A stretch of DNA of 64,000 nt from Azolla caroliniana (GCA_043228905.1 JBHGNT010000024.1:489928-553927), one strand, 5' to 3'. Shown: positions 1-14,417, numbered from the stretch's first letter. Made by a program: numbers and translations. The notes: a model not told the origin generated them from the letters alone.

Positions 1-3000
1 ATCGAAGCTAACAACGCTACCTATGATATGGAATTAAAAAAACAAGATTTTGAAACTCAGGTCGAGAGACATGACGAAAATAGCAAACCTGAGGAGGGAG
101 TTGAGAAGAGCTAGTAGGTAAATTAAAATGTTCATACCGGGCTCGTGTGATATCGGATGTTTGTGTTCAATCATGCAAATCGAAGCTAGCAACGCTAGCT
201 ATGATATGGAATTAAAAAATCAAGATTTTGAAACTCAGATCGAGAGACATGACGAAAATAGCAAACTTGAGGACTGAGTTGAGAAGAGCTAGTAGGTAAA
301 TAAAAATGTTCATACCTAGCTCGTGTGATATCAGATTTTTGTGTTCAAACATGCGAATCGAAGCTAACAACGCTACCTATGATATGGAATTAAAAAATCA
401 AGATTTTGAAACTCAGGTCGAGAGACATGACGAAAATAGCAAACTTGAGGAGGGAGTTGAGAAGAGCTAGTAGGTAAATTAAAATGTTCATACCGGGCTC
501 GTGTGATATCGGATTTTTGTGTTCAATCATGCCAATCGAAGCAAACAACGCTAGCTATGATATGGAATTAAAAAATCAAGATTTTGAAACTCAGGTCGAG
601 AGACATGACGAAAATAGCAAACTTGAGGAGGGAGTTGAGAAGAGCTAGTAGGTAAATTAAAATGTTCATACCTGGCTCGTGTGATATCGGATTTTTGTGT
701 TCAAACATGCGAATCGAAGCTAACAACGCTACCTATGATATGGAATTAAAAAATCAAGATTTTGAAACTCAGGTCGAGAGACATGACGAAATTACCAAAT
801 TTGAGGAGTGAGTTGAGAGGCGCCCTTGAGTAAATTAAAATGTTCATACCTGCGGCTCGTGTGATATCGGAGTTTTGTTGTCAAACATGCGAATCGAAGC
901 TAACAACGCTAGCTATGATATGGAATTAAAAAATCAAGAATTTGAAACTCAGGTCGAGAGACATGACGAAATTACCAAATTTGAGGAGTGAGTTGAGAAG
1001 AGGTAGTAGGTAAATTAAAATGTTCATACCTGGCTCGTGTCATCTCGACCTGTGTTCAAACATGCGAATCGAAGCTAACAACGCTACCTATGATATGGAA
1101 TTAAAAAATCAAGATTTTGAAACTCAGGTCGAGAGACATGACGAAAATAGCAAACTTGAGGAAGGAGTTGAGAGGAGCCCTTGAGTAAATTAAAATGTTC
1201 ATACCTGGCTCGTGTGATATCGGATTTTTGTGTTAAAACATGCGAATCTAAGCTAACAACGCTAGCTATGATATGGAATTAAAAAATCAAGATTTTGAAA
1301 CTCAGGTCGAGAGACATGACGAAAATAGCAAACTTGAGGAGGGAGTTGAGAGGAGCCCTTGAGTAAATTAAAATGTTCATACCTGGCTCGTGTGATATCG
1401 GATTCTTGTGTTCAAACATGCGATTCGAAGCTGGCGACACTACCTATGATATGGAATTAAAAAATCAAGATTTTGAAACTCAGGTCGAGAGACATGACGA
1501 AAATAGCAAACTTGAGGAGGTAGTTGAGAAGAGCTAGTAGGTAAATTAAAATGTTCATACCGGGCTCGTGTGATATCGGATTTTTGTGTTCAATCATGCC
1601 AATCGAAGCAAACAACGCTAGCTATGATATGGAATTAAAAAATCAAGATTTTGAAACTCAGGTCGAGAGACATGACGAAAATAGCAAACTTGAGGAGGGA
1701 GTTGAGAAGAGCTAGTAGGTAAATTAAAATGTTCATACCTGGCTCGTGTGATATCGGATTTTTGTGTTCAATCATGCAAATCGAAGCTAGCAACGCTAGC
1801 TATGATATGGAATTAAAAAATCAAGATTTTGAAACTCAGGTCGAGAGACATGAGGAAAATAGCAAACTTGAGGAGGGAGTTGAGAAGAGCTAGTAGGTAA
1901 ATGAAAATGTTCATACCTGGCTCGTGTGATATCGGATTTTTGTGTTCAATCATGCAAATCGAAGCAAACAACGCTAGCTATGATATGGAATTAAAAAATC
2001 AAGATTTTGAAACTCAGGTCGAGAGACATGACGAAAATAGCAAACTTGAGGAGGGAGTTGAGAAGAGCTAGTAGGTAAATTAAAATGTTCATACCTGGCT
2101 CGTGTGATATCGGATTTTTGTGTTCAATCATGCAAATCGAAGCAAACAACGCTAGCTATGATATGGAATTAAAAAAAGAAGATTTTGAAACTCAGGTCGA
2201 GAGACATGACGAAAATAGCAAACTTGAGGAGGGAGTTGAGAAGAGCTAGTAGGTAAATTAAAATGTTCATACCTGGCTCGTGTGATATCGGATTTTTGTG
2301 TTCAACCATGCAAATCGAAGCTAGCAACGCTAGCTATGATATGGAATTAAAAAATCAGGATTTTGAAACTCAGGTCGAGAGACATGACGAAAATAGCAAA
2401 CTTGAGGAGGGAGTTGAGAAGAGCTAGTAGGTAAATTAAAATGTTCATACCTGGCTCGTGTGATATCGGATTTTTGTGTTCAACCATGCAAATCGAAGCT
2501 AGCAACGCTAGCTATGATATGGAATTAAAAAATCAGGATTTTGAAACTCAGGTCGAGAGACATGACGAAAATAGCAAACTTGAGGAGGGAGTTGAGAAGA
2601 GCTAGTAGGTAAATTAAAATGTTCATACCTGGCTCGTGTGATATCGGATTTTTGTGTTCAACCATGCAAATCGAAGCTAGCAACGCTAGCTATGATATGG
2701 AATTAAAAAATCAAGATTTTGAAACTCAGGTCGAGAGACATGACGAAAATAGCAAACTTGAGGAGGGAGTTGAGAAGAGCTAGTAGGTAAATTAAAATGT
2801 TCATACCTGGCTCGTGTGATATCGGATTTCTGTGTTCAATCATGCAAATCGAAGCTAACAACGCTACCTATGATATGGAATTAAAAAAACAAGATTTTGA
2901 AACTCAGGTCGAGAGACATGACGAAAATAGCAAACCTGAGGAGGGAGTTGAGAAGAGCTAGTAGGTAAATTAAAATGTTCATACCGGGCTCGTGTGATAT

Positions 3001-5789
3001 CGGATGTTTGTGTTCAATCATGCAAATCGAAGCTAGCAACGCTAGCTATGATATGGAATTAAAAAATCAAGATTTTGAAACTCAGATCGAGAGACATGAC
3101 GAAAATAGCAAACTTGAGGACTGAGTTGAGAAGAGCTAGTAGGTAAATAAAAATGTTCATACCTAGCTCGTGTGATATCAGATTTTTGTGTTCAAACATG
3201 CGAATCGAAGCTAACAACGCTACCTATGATATGGAATTAAAAAATCAAGATTTTGAAACTCAGGTCGAGAGACATGACGAAAATAGCAAACTTGAGGAGG
3301 GAGTTGAGAAGAGCTAGTAGGTAAATTAAAATGTTCATACCGGGCTCGTGTGATATCGGATTTTTGTGTTCAATCATGCCAATCGAAGCAAACAACGCTA
3401 GCTATGATATGGAATTAAAAAATCAAGATTTTGAAACTCAGGTCGAGAGACATGACGAAAATAGCAAACTTGAGGAGGGAGTTGAGAAGAGCTAGTAGGT
3501 AAATTAAAATGTTCATACCTGGCTCGTGTGATATCGGATTTTTGTGTTCAATCATGCAAATCGAAGCAAACAACGCTAGCTATGATATGGAATTAAAAAA
3601 TCAAGATTTTGAAACTCAGGTCGAGAGACATGACGAAAATAGCAAACTTGAGGAGGGAGTTGAGAAGAGCTAGTAGGTAAATTAAAATGTTCATACCTGG
3701 CTCGTGTGATATCGGATTTTTGTGTTCAATCATGCAAATCGAAGCAAACAACGCTAGCTATGATATGGAATTAAAAAATCAAGATTTTGAAACTCAGGTC
3801 GAGAGACATGACGAAAATAGCAAACTTGAGGAGGGAGTTGAGAGGAGCCCTTGAGTAAATTAAAATGTTCATACCTGGCTCGTGTGATATCGGATTTTTC
3901 TGTTCAACCATGCAAATCGAAGCTAGCAACGCTAGCTATGATATGGAATTAAAAAATCAGGATTTTGAAACTCAGGTCGAGAGACATGACGAAAATAGCA
4001 AACTTGAGGAGGGAGTTGAGAAGAGCTAGTAGGTAAATTAAAATGTTCATACCTGGCTCGTGTGATATCGGATTTTTGTGTTCAATCATGCAAATCGAAG
4101 CTAACAACGCTAGCTATGATATGGAATTAAAAAAACAAGATTTTGAAACTCAGGTCGAGAGACATGACGAAAATAGCAAACTTGAGGAGGGAGTTGAGAA
4201 GAGCTAGTAGGTAAATTAAAATGTTCATACCGGGCTCGTGTGATATCGTATTTTTGTGTTCAATCATGCAAATCGAAGCAAACAACGCTAGCTATGATAT
4301 GGAATTAAAAAATCAAGATTTTGAAACTCAGGTCGAGAGACATGACGAAAATAGCAAACTTGAGAAGGGAGTTGAGAGGAGCCCTTGAGTAAATTAAAAT
4401 GTTCATACCTGGCTCGTGTGATATCGGATTCTTGTGTTCAAACATGCGAATCGAAGCTAACAACGCTACCTATGATATGGAATTAAAAAATCAAGATTTT
4501 CAAACTCAGGTCGAGAGACATGACGAAAATAGCAAACTTGAGGAGGGAGTTGAGAGGAGCCCTTGAGTAAATTAAAATGTTCATACCTGGCTCGTGTGAT
4601 ATCGGATTTTTGTGTTCAACCATGCAAATCGAAGCTAGCAACGCTAGCTATGATATGGAATTAAAAAATCAAGATTTTGAAACTCAGGTCGAGAGACATG
4701 ACGAAAATAGCAAACTTGAGGAGGGAGTTGAGAGGAGCCCTTGAGTAAATTAAAATGTTCATACCTGGCTCGTGTGATATCGGATTTTTGTGTTCAAACA
4801 TGCGAATCGAAGCTGGCGACGCTACCTATGATATGGAATTAAAAAATCAAGATTTTGAAACTCAGGTCGAGAGACATGACGAAAATAGCAAACTTGAGGA
4901 GGGAGTTGAGAAGAGCTAGTAGGTAAATGAAAATGTTCATACCTGGCTCGTGTGATATCGGATTTCTGTGTTCAATCATGCAAATCGAAGCTAACAACGC
5001 TACCTATGATATGGAATTAAAAAAACAAGATTTTGAAACTCAGGTCGAGAGACATGACGAAAATAGCAAACTTGAGGAGGGAGTTGAGAGGAGCCCTTGA
5101 GTAAATTAAAATGTTCATACCTGGCTCGTGTGATATCGGATTCTTGTGTTCAAACATGCGAATCGAAGCTAACAACGCTACCTATGATATAGAATTAAAA
5201 AATCAAGATTTTGAAACTCAGGTCGAGAGACATGACGAAAATAGCAAACTTGAGGAGGGAGTTGAGAGGAGCCCTTGAGTAAATTAAAATGTTCATACCT
5301 GGCTCGTGTGATATCGGATTTTTGTGTTCAAACATGTGAATCGAAGCTAGCGACGCTACCTATGATATGGAATTAAAAAATCAAGATTTTGAAACTCAGG
5401 TCGAGAGACATGACGAAATTACCAAATTTGAGGAGTGAGTTGAGAAGAGGTAGTAGGTAAATTAAAATGTTCATACCTGGCTCGTGTCATATCGGATTTT
5501 TGTGTTAAAACATGCGAATCGAAGCTAACAACGCTAGCTATGATATGGAATTAAAAAATCAAGATTTTGAAACTCAGGTCGAGAGACATGACGAAAATAG
5601 CAAACTTGAGGAGGGAGTTGAGAGGAGCCCTTGACAAAATTAAAATGTTCATACCTGGCTCGTGTGATATCGGATTCTTGTGTTCAAACATGCGATTCGA
5701 AGCTGGCGACACTACCTATGATATGGAATTAAAAAATCAAGATTTTGAAACTCAGGTCGAGAGACATGACGAAAATAGCAAACTTGAGG

Positions 5790-8780
5790 AGGTAGTTGAG
5801 AAGAGCTAGTAGGTAAATTAAAATGTTCATACCTGGCTCGTGTGATATCGGATTCTTGTGTTCAAACATGCGAATCGAAGCTAACAACGCTACCTATGAT
5901 ATGGAAATAAAAAATCAAGATTTTGAAACTCAGGTCGAGAGACATGACGAAAATAGCAAACTTGAGGAGGGAGTTGAGAGGAGCCCTTGAGTAAATTAAA
6001 ATGTTCATACCTGGCTCGTGTGATATAGGATTTTTGTGTTCAACCATGCAAATCGAAGCTAGCAACGCTAGCTATGATATGGAATTAAAAAATCAAGATT
6101 TTGAAACTCAGGTCGAGAGACATGAGGAAAATAGCAAACTTGAGGAGGGAGTTGAGAAGAGCTAGTAGGTAAATGAAAATGTTCATACCTGGCTCGTGTG
6201 ATATCGGATTTTTGTGTTCAATCATGCAAATCGAAGCAAACAACGCTAGCTATGATATGGAATTAAAAAATCAAGATTTTGAAACTCAGGTCGAGAGACA
6301 TGACGAAAATAGCAAACTTGAGGAGGGAGTTGAGAAGAGCTAGTAGGTAAATTAAAATGTTCATACCCGGCTCGTGTGATATCGGATTTTTGTGTTCAAT
6401 CATGCAAATCGAAGCAAACAACGCTAGCTATGATATGGAATTAAAAAAAGAAGATTTTGAAACTCAGGTCGAGAGACATGACGAAAATAGCAAACTTGAG
6501 GAGGGAGTTGAGAAGAGCTAGTAGGTAAATTAAAATGTTCATACCTGGCTCGTGTGATATCGGATTTTTGTGTTCAACCATGCAAATCGAAGCTAGCAAC
6601 GCTAGCTATGATATGGAATTAAAAAATCAGGATTTTGAAACTCAGGTCGAGAGACATGACGAAAATAGCAAACTTGAGGAGGGAGTTGAGAAGAGCTAGT
6701 AGGTAAATTAAAATGTTCATACCTGGCTCGTGTGATATCGGATTTTTGTGTTCAACCATGCAAATCGAAGCTAGCAACGCTAGCTATGATATGGAATTAA
6801 AAAATCAGGATTTTGAAACTCAGGTCGAGAGACATGACGAAAATAGCAAACTTGAGGAGGGAGTTGAGAAGAGCTAGTAGGTAAATTAAAATGTTCATAC
6901 CTGGCTCGTGTGATATCGGATTTTTGTGTTCAACCATGCAAATCGAAGCTAGCAACGCTAGCTATGATATAGAATTAAAAAATCAAGATTTTGAAACTCA
7001 GGTCCAGAGACATGACGAAAATAGCAAACTTGAGGAGGGAGTTGAGAAGAGCTAGTAGGTAAATGAAAATGTTCATACCTGGCTCGTGTGATATCGGATT
7101 TCTGTGTTCAATCATGCAAATCGAAGCTAACAACGCTAGCTATGATATGGAATTAAAAAAACAAGATTTTGAAACTCAGGTCGAGAGACATGACGAAAAT
7201 AGCAAACCTGAGGAGGGAGTTGAGAAGAGCTAGTAGGTAAATTAAAATGTTCATACCGGGCTTGTGTGATATCGGATTTTTGTGTTCAATCATGCAAATC
7301 GAAGCTAGCAACGCTAGCTATGATATGGAATTAAAAAATCAAGATTTTGAAACTCAGGTCGAGAGACATGACGAAAATAGCAAACTTGAGGAGGGAGTTG
7401 AGAAGAGCTAGTAGGTAAATTAAAATGTTCATACCGGGCTCGTGTGATATCGGATTTTTGTGTTCAATCATGCAAATCGAAGCAAACAACGCTAGCTATG
7501 ATATGGAATTAAAAAATCAAGATTTTGAAACTCAGGTCGAGAGACATGACGAAAATAGCAAACTTGAGGAGGGAGTTGAGAAGAGCTAGTAGGTAAATTA
7601 AAATGTTCATACCTGGCTCGTGTGATATCGGATTCTTGTGTTCAAACATGCGAATCGAAGCTAACAACGCTACCTATGATATGGAAATAAAAAATCAAGA
7701 TTTTGAAACTCAGGTCGAGAGACATGACGAAAATAGCAAACTTGAGGAGGGAGTTGAGAGGAGCCCTTGAGTAAATTAAAATGTTCATACCTGGCTCGTG
7801 TGATATAGGATTTTTGTGTTCAACCATGCAAATCGAAGCTAGCAACGCTAGCTATGATATGGAATTAAAAAATCAAGATTTTGAAACTCAGGTCGAGAGA
7901 CATGAGGAAAATAGCAAACTTGAGGAGGGAGTTGAGAAGAGCTAGTAGGTAAATGAAAATGTTCATACCTGGCTCGTGTGATATCGGATTTTTGTGTTCA
8001 ATCATGCAAATCGAAGCAAACAACGCTAGCTATGATATGGAATTAAAAAATCAAGATTTTGAAACTCAGGTCGAGAGACATGACGAAAATAGCAAACTTG
8101 AGGAGGGAGTTGAGAAGAGCTAGTAGGTAAATTAAAATGTTCATACCCGGCTCGTGTGATATCGGATTTTTGTGTTCAATCATGCAAATCGAAGCAAACA
8201 ACGCTAGCTATGATATGGAATTAAAAAAAGAAGATTTTGAAACTCAGGTCGAGAGACATGACGAAAATAGCAAACTTGAGGAGGGAGTTGAGAAGAGCTA
8301 GTAGGTAAATTAAAATGTTCATACCTGGCTCGTGTGATATCGGATTTTTGTGTTCAACCATGCAAATCGAAGCTAGCAACGCTAGCTATGATATGGAATT
8401 AAAAAATCAGGATTTTGAAACTCAGGTCGAGAGACATGACGAAAATAGCAAACTTGAGGAGGGAGTTGAGAAGAGCTAGTAGGTAAATTAAAATGTTCAT
8501 ACCTGGCTCGTGTGATATCGGATTTTTGTGTTCAACCATGCAAATCGAAGCTAGCAACGCTAGCTATGATATGGAATTAAAAAATCAGGATTTTGAAACT
8601 CAGGTCGAGAGACATGACGAAAATAGCAAACTTGAGGAGGGAGTTGAGAAGAGCTAGTAGGTAAATTAAAATGTTCATACCTGGCTCGTGTGATATCGGA
8701 TTTTTGTGTTCAACCATGCAAATCGAAGCTAGCAACGCTAGCTATGATATAGAATTAAAAAATCAAGATTTTGAAACTCA
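5790..8780 (+). repeat. Block duplication with 10-monomer (1780 bp) offset
   Basis: Rare variants recur exactly 1780 bp apart: ggaaataaa (~5907/7687), gatatagga (~6027/7807), atacccgg (~6367/8147), atatagaa (6971/8751). This explains the two identical minus-strand ORFs at 5862 and 7642. Confidence 0.9.
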
Positions 8781-8879
8781 GGTCGAGAGACATGACGAAA
8801 ATAGCAAACTTGAGGAGGGAGTTGAGAAGAGCTAGTAGGTAAATTAAAATGTTCATACCTGGCTCGTGTGATATCGGAT

Positions 8880-9967
8880 TTCTGTGTTCAATCATGCAAA
8901 TCGAAGCTAACAACGCTACCTATGATATGGAATTAAAAAAACAAGATTTTGAAACTCAGGTCGAGAGACATGACGAAAATAGCAAACCTGAGGAGGGAGT
9001 TGAGAAGAGCTAGTAGGTAAATTAAAATGTTCATACCGGGCTCGTGTGATATCGGATTTTTGTGTTCAATCATGCAAATCGAAGCTAGCAACGCTAGCTA
9101 TGATATGGAATTAAAAAATCAAGATTTTGAAACTCAGGTCGAGAGACATGACGAAAATAGCAAACTTGAGGAGGGAGTTGAGAAGAGCTAGTAGGTAAAT
9201 TAAAATGTTCATACCTGGCTCGTGTGATATCGGATTTTTGTGTTCAATCATGCAAATCGAAGCAAACAACGCTAGCTATGATATGGAATTAAAAAAAGAA
9301 GATTTTGAAACTCAGGTCGAGAGACATGACGAAAATAGCAAACTTGAGGAGGGAGTTGAGAAGAGCTAGTAGGTAAATTAAAATGTTCATACCTGGCTCG
9401 TGTGATATCGGATTTCTGTGTTCAATCATGCAAATCGAAGCTAACAACGCTACCTATGATATGGAATTAAAAAAACAAGATTTTGAAACTCAGGTCGAGA
9501 GACATGACGAAAATAGCAAACCTGAGGAGGGAGTTGAGAAGAGCTAGTAGGTAAATTAAAATGTTCATACCGGGCTCGTGTGATATCGGATTTTTGTGTT
9601 CAATCATGCAAATCGAAGCTAGCAACGCTAGCTATGATATGGAATTAAAAAATCAAGATTTTGAAACTCAGGTCGAGAGACATGACGAAAATAGCAAACT
9701 TGAGGAGGGAGTTGAGAAGAGCTAGTAGGTAAATTAAAATGTTCATACCTGGCTCGTGTGATATCGGATTTTTGTGTTCAATCATGCAAATCGAAGCAAA
9801 CAACGCTAGCTATGATATGGAATTAAAAAAAGAAGATTTTGAAACTCAGGTCGAGAGACATGACGAAAATAGCAAACTTGAGGAGGGAGTTGAGAAGAGC
9901 TAGTAGGTAAATTAAAATGTTCATACCTGGCTCGTGTGATATCGGATTTTTGTGTTCAACCATGCAA
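8880..9967 (+). repeat. 3-monomer HOR (534 bp), two copies
   Basis: tttctgtg at ~8882 and 9416. The series aaacctg/ccggg, then gctagc, then aaaaaagaag repeats with a 534-bp period. Confidence 0.8.
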
Positions 9968-10323
9968 ATCGAAGCTAGCAACGCTAGCTATGATATGGAA
10001 TTAAAAAATCAGGATTTTGAAACTCAGGTCGAGAGACATGACGAAAATAGCAAACTTGAGGAGGGAGTTGAGAAGAGCTAGTAGGTAAATTAAAATGTTC
10101 ATACCTGGCTCGTGTGATATCGGATTTTTGTGTTCAACCATGCAAATCGAAGCTAGCAACGCTAGCTATGATATGGAATTAAAAAATCAGGATTTTGAAA
10201 CTTAGGTCGAGAGACATGACGAAAATAGCAAACTTGAGGAGGGAGTTGAGAAGAGCTAGTAGGTAAATTAAAATGTTCATACCTGGCTCGTGTGATATCG
10301 GATGTTTGTGTTCAACCATGCAA

Positions 10324-12459
10324 ATCGAAGCTAACAACGCTACCTATGATATGGAATTAAAAAAACAAGATTTTGAAACTCAGGTCCAGAGACATGACGA
10401 AAATAGCAAACCTGAGGAGGGAGTTGAGAAGAGCTAGTAGGTAAATTAAAATGTTCATACCGGGCTCGTGTGATATCGGATTTTTGTGTTCAATCATGCA
10501 AATCGAAGCTAGCAACGCTAGCTATGATATGGAATTAAAAAATCAAGATTTTGAAACTCAGGTCGAGAGACATGAGGAAAATAGCAAACTTGAGGAGGGA
10601 GTTGAGAAGAGCTAGTAGGTAAATGAAAATGTTCATACCTGGCTCGTGTGATATCGGATTTTTGTGTTCAATCATGCAAATCGAAGCAAACAACGCTAGC
10701 TATGATATGGAATTAAAAAATCAAGATTTTGAAACTCAGGTCGAGAGACATGACGAAAATAGCAAACTTGAGGAGGGAGTTGAGAAGAGCTAGTAGGTAA
10801 ATTAAAATGTTCATACCTGGCTCGTGTGATATCGGATTTTTGTGTTCAATCATGCAAATCGAAGCAAACAACGCTAGCTATGATATGGAATTAAAAAAAG
10901 AAGATTTTGAAACTCAGGTCGAGAGACATGACGAAAATAGCAAACTTGAGGAGGGAGTTGAGAAGAGCTAGTAGGTAAATTAAAATGTTCATACCTGGCT
11001 CGTGTGATATCGGATTTTTGTGTTCAACCATGCAAATCGAAGCTAGCAACGCTAGCTATGATATGGAATTAAAAAATCAGGATTTTGAAACTCAGGTCGA
11101 GAGACATGACGAAAATAGCAAACTTGAGGAGGGAGTTGAGAAGAGCTAGTAGGTAAATTAAAATGTTCATACCTGGCTCGTGTGATATCGGATTTTTGTG
11201 TTCAACCATGCAAATCGAAGCTAGCAACGCTAGCTATGATATGGAATTAAAAAATCAGGATTTTGAAACTCAGGTCGAGAGACATGACGAAAATAGCAAA
11301 CTTGAGGAGGGAGTTGAGAAGAGCTAGTAGGTAAATTAAAATGTTCATACCTGGCTCGTGTGATATCGGATTTTTGTGTTCAACCATGCAAATCGAAGCT
11401 AACAACGCTACCTATGATATGGAATTAAAAAAACAAGATTTTGAAACTCAGGTCGAGAGACATGACGAAAATAGCAAACCTGAGGAGGGAGTTGAGAAGA
11501 GCTAGTAGGTAAATTAAAATGTTCATACCGGGCTCGTGTGATATCGGATTTTTGTGTTCAATCATGCAAATCGAAGCTAGCAACGCTAGCTATGATATGG
11601 AATTAAAAAATCAAGATTTTGAAACTCAGGTCGAGAGACATGAGGAAAATAGCAAACTTGAGGAGGGAGTTGAGAAGAGCTAGTAGGTAAATGAAAATGT
11701 TCATACCTGGCTCGTGTGATATCGGATTTTTGTGTTCAATCATGCAAATCGAAGCAAACAACGCTAGCTATGATATGGAATTAAAAAATCAAGATTTTGA
11801 AACTCAGGTCGAGAGACATGACGAAAATAGCAAACTTGAGGAGGGAGTTGAGAAGAGCTAGTAGGTAAATTAAAATGTTCATACCTGGCTCGTGTGATAT
11901 CGGATTTTTGTGTTCAATCATGCAAATCGAAGCAAACAACGCTAGCTATGATATGGAATTAAAAAAAGAAGATTTTGAAACTCAGGTCGAGAGACATGAC
12001 GAAAATAGCAAACTTGAGGAGGGAGTTGAGAAGAGCTAGTAGGTAAATTAAAATGTTCATACCTGGCTCGTGTGATATCGGATTTTTGTGTTCAACCATG
12101 CAAATCGAAGCTAGCAACGCTAGCTATGATATGGAATTAAAAAATCAGGATTTTGAAACTCAGGTCGAGAGACATGACGAAAATAGCAAACTTGAGGAGG
12201 GAGTTGAGAAGAGCTAGTAGGTAAATTAAAATGTTCATACCTGGCTCGTGTGATATCGGATTTTTGTGTTCAACCATGCAAATCGAAGCTAGCAACGCTA
12301 GCTATGATATGGAATTAAAAAATCAGGATTTTGAAACTCAGGTCGAGAGACATGACGAAAATAGCAAACTTGAGGAGGGAGTTGAGAAGAGCTAGTAGGT
12401 AAATTAAAATGTTCATACCTGGCTCGTGTGATATCGGATTTTTGTGTTCAACCATGCAA
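10324..12459 (+). repeat. 6-monomer HOR (1068 bp), two copies, also present at ~18.3-20.1 kb
   Basis: The catgaggaaa plus aaatgaaa marker monomer occurs at 10576 and 11644 (1068 apart) and at 18586 and 19654. Monomer order: aaacctg, catgagg, gcaaac, aaaagaag, aatcagg, aatcagg. Confidence 0.85.
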
Positions 12460-14417
12460 ATCGAAGCTAGCAACGCTAGCTATGATATGGAATTAAAAAA
12501 TCAGGATTTTGAAACTCAGGTCGAGAGACATGACGAAAATAGCAAACTTGAGGAGGGAGTTGAGAAGAGCTAGTAGGTAAATTAAAATGTTCATACCTGG
12601 CTCGTGTGATATCGGATTTTTGTGTTCAACCATGCAAATCGAAGCTAGCAACGCTAGCTATGATATGGAATTAAAAAATCAGGATTTTGAAACTCAGGTC
12701 GAGAGACATGACGAAAATAGCAAACTTGAGGAGGGAGTTGAGAAGAGCTAGTAGGTAAATTAAAATGTTCATACCTGGCTCGTGTGATATCGGATTTTTG
12801 TGTTCAACCATGCAAATCGAAGCTAGCAACGCTAGCTATGATATAGAATTAAAAAATCAAGATTTTGAAACTCAGGTCGAGAGACATGACGAAAATAGCA
12901 AACTTGAGGAGGGAGTTGAGAAGAGCTAGTAGGTAAATTAAAATGTTCATACCTGGCTCGTGTGATATCGGATTTCTGTGTTCAATCATGCAAATCGAAG
13001 CTAACAACGCTACCTATGATATGGAATTAAAAAAACAAGATTTTGAAACTCAGGTCGAGAGACATGACGAAAATAGCAAACCTGAGGAGGGAGTTGAGAA
13101 GAGCTAGTAGGTAAATTAAAATGTTCATACCGGGCTTGTGTGATATCGGATTTTTGTGTTCAATCATGCAAATCGAAGCTAGCAACGCTAGCTATGATAT
13201 GGAATTAAAAAATCAAGATTTTGAAACTCAGGTCGAGAGACATGAGGAAAATAGCAAACTTGAGGAGGGAGTTGAGAAGAGCTAGTAGGTAAATGAAAAT
13301 GTTCATACCTGGCTCGTGTGATATCGGATTTTTGTGTTCAATCATGCAAATCGAAGCAAACAACGCTAGCTATGATATGGAATTAAAAAATCAAGATTTT
13401 GAAACTCAGGTCGAGAGACATGACGAAAATAGCAAACTTGAGGAGGGAGTTGAGAAGAGCTAGTAGGTAAATTAAAATGTTCATACCTGGCTCGTGTGAT
13501 ATCGGATTTTTGTGTTCAATCATGCAAATCGAAGCAAACAACGCTAGCTATGATATGGAATTAAAAAAAGAAGATTTTGAAACTCAGGTCGAGAGACATG
13601 ACGAAAATAGCAAACTTGAGGAGGGAGTTGAGAAGAGCTAGTAGGTAAATTAAAATGTTCATACCTGGCTCGTGTGATATCGGATTTTTGTGTTCAACCA
13701 TGCAAATCGAAGCTAGCAACGCTAGCTATGATATGGAATTAAAAAATCAGGATTTTGAAACTCAGGTCGAGAGACATGACGAAAATAGCAAACTTGAGGA
13801 GGGAGTTGAGAAGAGCTAGTAGGTAAATTAAAATGTTCATACCGGGCTCGTGTGATATCGGATTTTTGTGTTCAACCATGCAAATCGAAGCTAACAACGC
13901 TACCTATGATATGGAATTAAAAAAACAAGATTTTGAAACTCAGGTCGAGAGACATGACGAAAATAGCAAACCTGAGGAGGGAGTTGAGAAGAGCTAGTAG
14001 GTAAATTAAAATGTTCATACCGGGCTCGTGTGATATCGGATTTTTGTGTTCAATCATGCAAATCGAAGCTAGCAACGCTAGCTATGATATGGAATTAAAA
14101 AATCAAGATTTTGAAACTCAGGTCGAGAGACATGAGGAAAATAGCAAACTTGAGGAGGCAGTTGAGAAGAGCTAGTAGGTAAATGAAAATGTTCATACCT
14201 GGCTCGTGTGATATCGGATTTTTGTGTTCAATCATGCAAATCGAAGCAAACAACGCTAGCTATGATATGGAATTAAAAAATCAAGATTTTGAAACTCAGG
14301 TCGAGAGACATGACGAAAATAGCAAACTTGAGGAGGGAGTTGAGAAGAGCTAGTAGGTAAATTAAAATGTTCATACCGGGCTCGTGTGATATCGGATTTT
14401 TGTGTTCAATCATGCCA

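Noticed and set aside
90-120. Purine-rich gaggagggag tract as a Shine-Dalgarno site or G-quadruplex
   Set aside because: No coding frame follows it and the context is satellite DNA. It has only one GGG run, too few for a canonical G4.
5567-5809. 80-aa plus-strand ORF
   Set aside because: It is a translation of satellite monomers with a TTG start. It is open only because a private ttgagta>ttgacaa change near 5635 removes a stop. It has no recognisable domain or gene context.
5862-7845. Two identical 67-aa minus-strand ORFs (5862-6065 and 7642-7845)
   Set aside because: They are chance open frames created by rare SNPs and duplicated by the 1780-bp block duplication. Homologous frames in other monomers contain stops.
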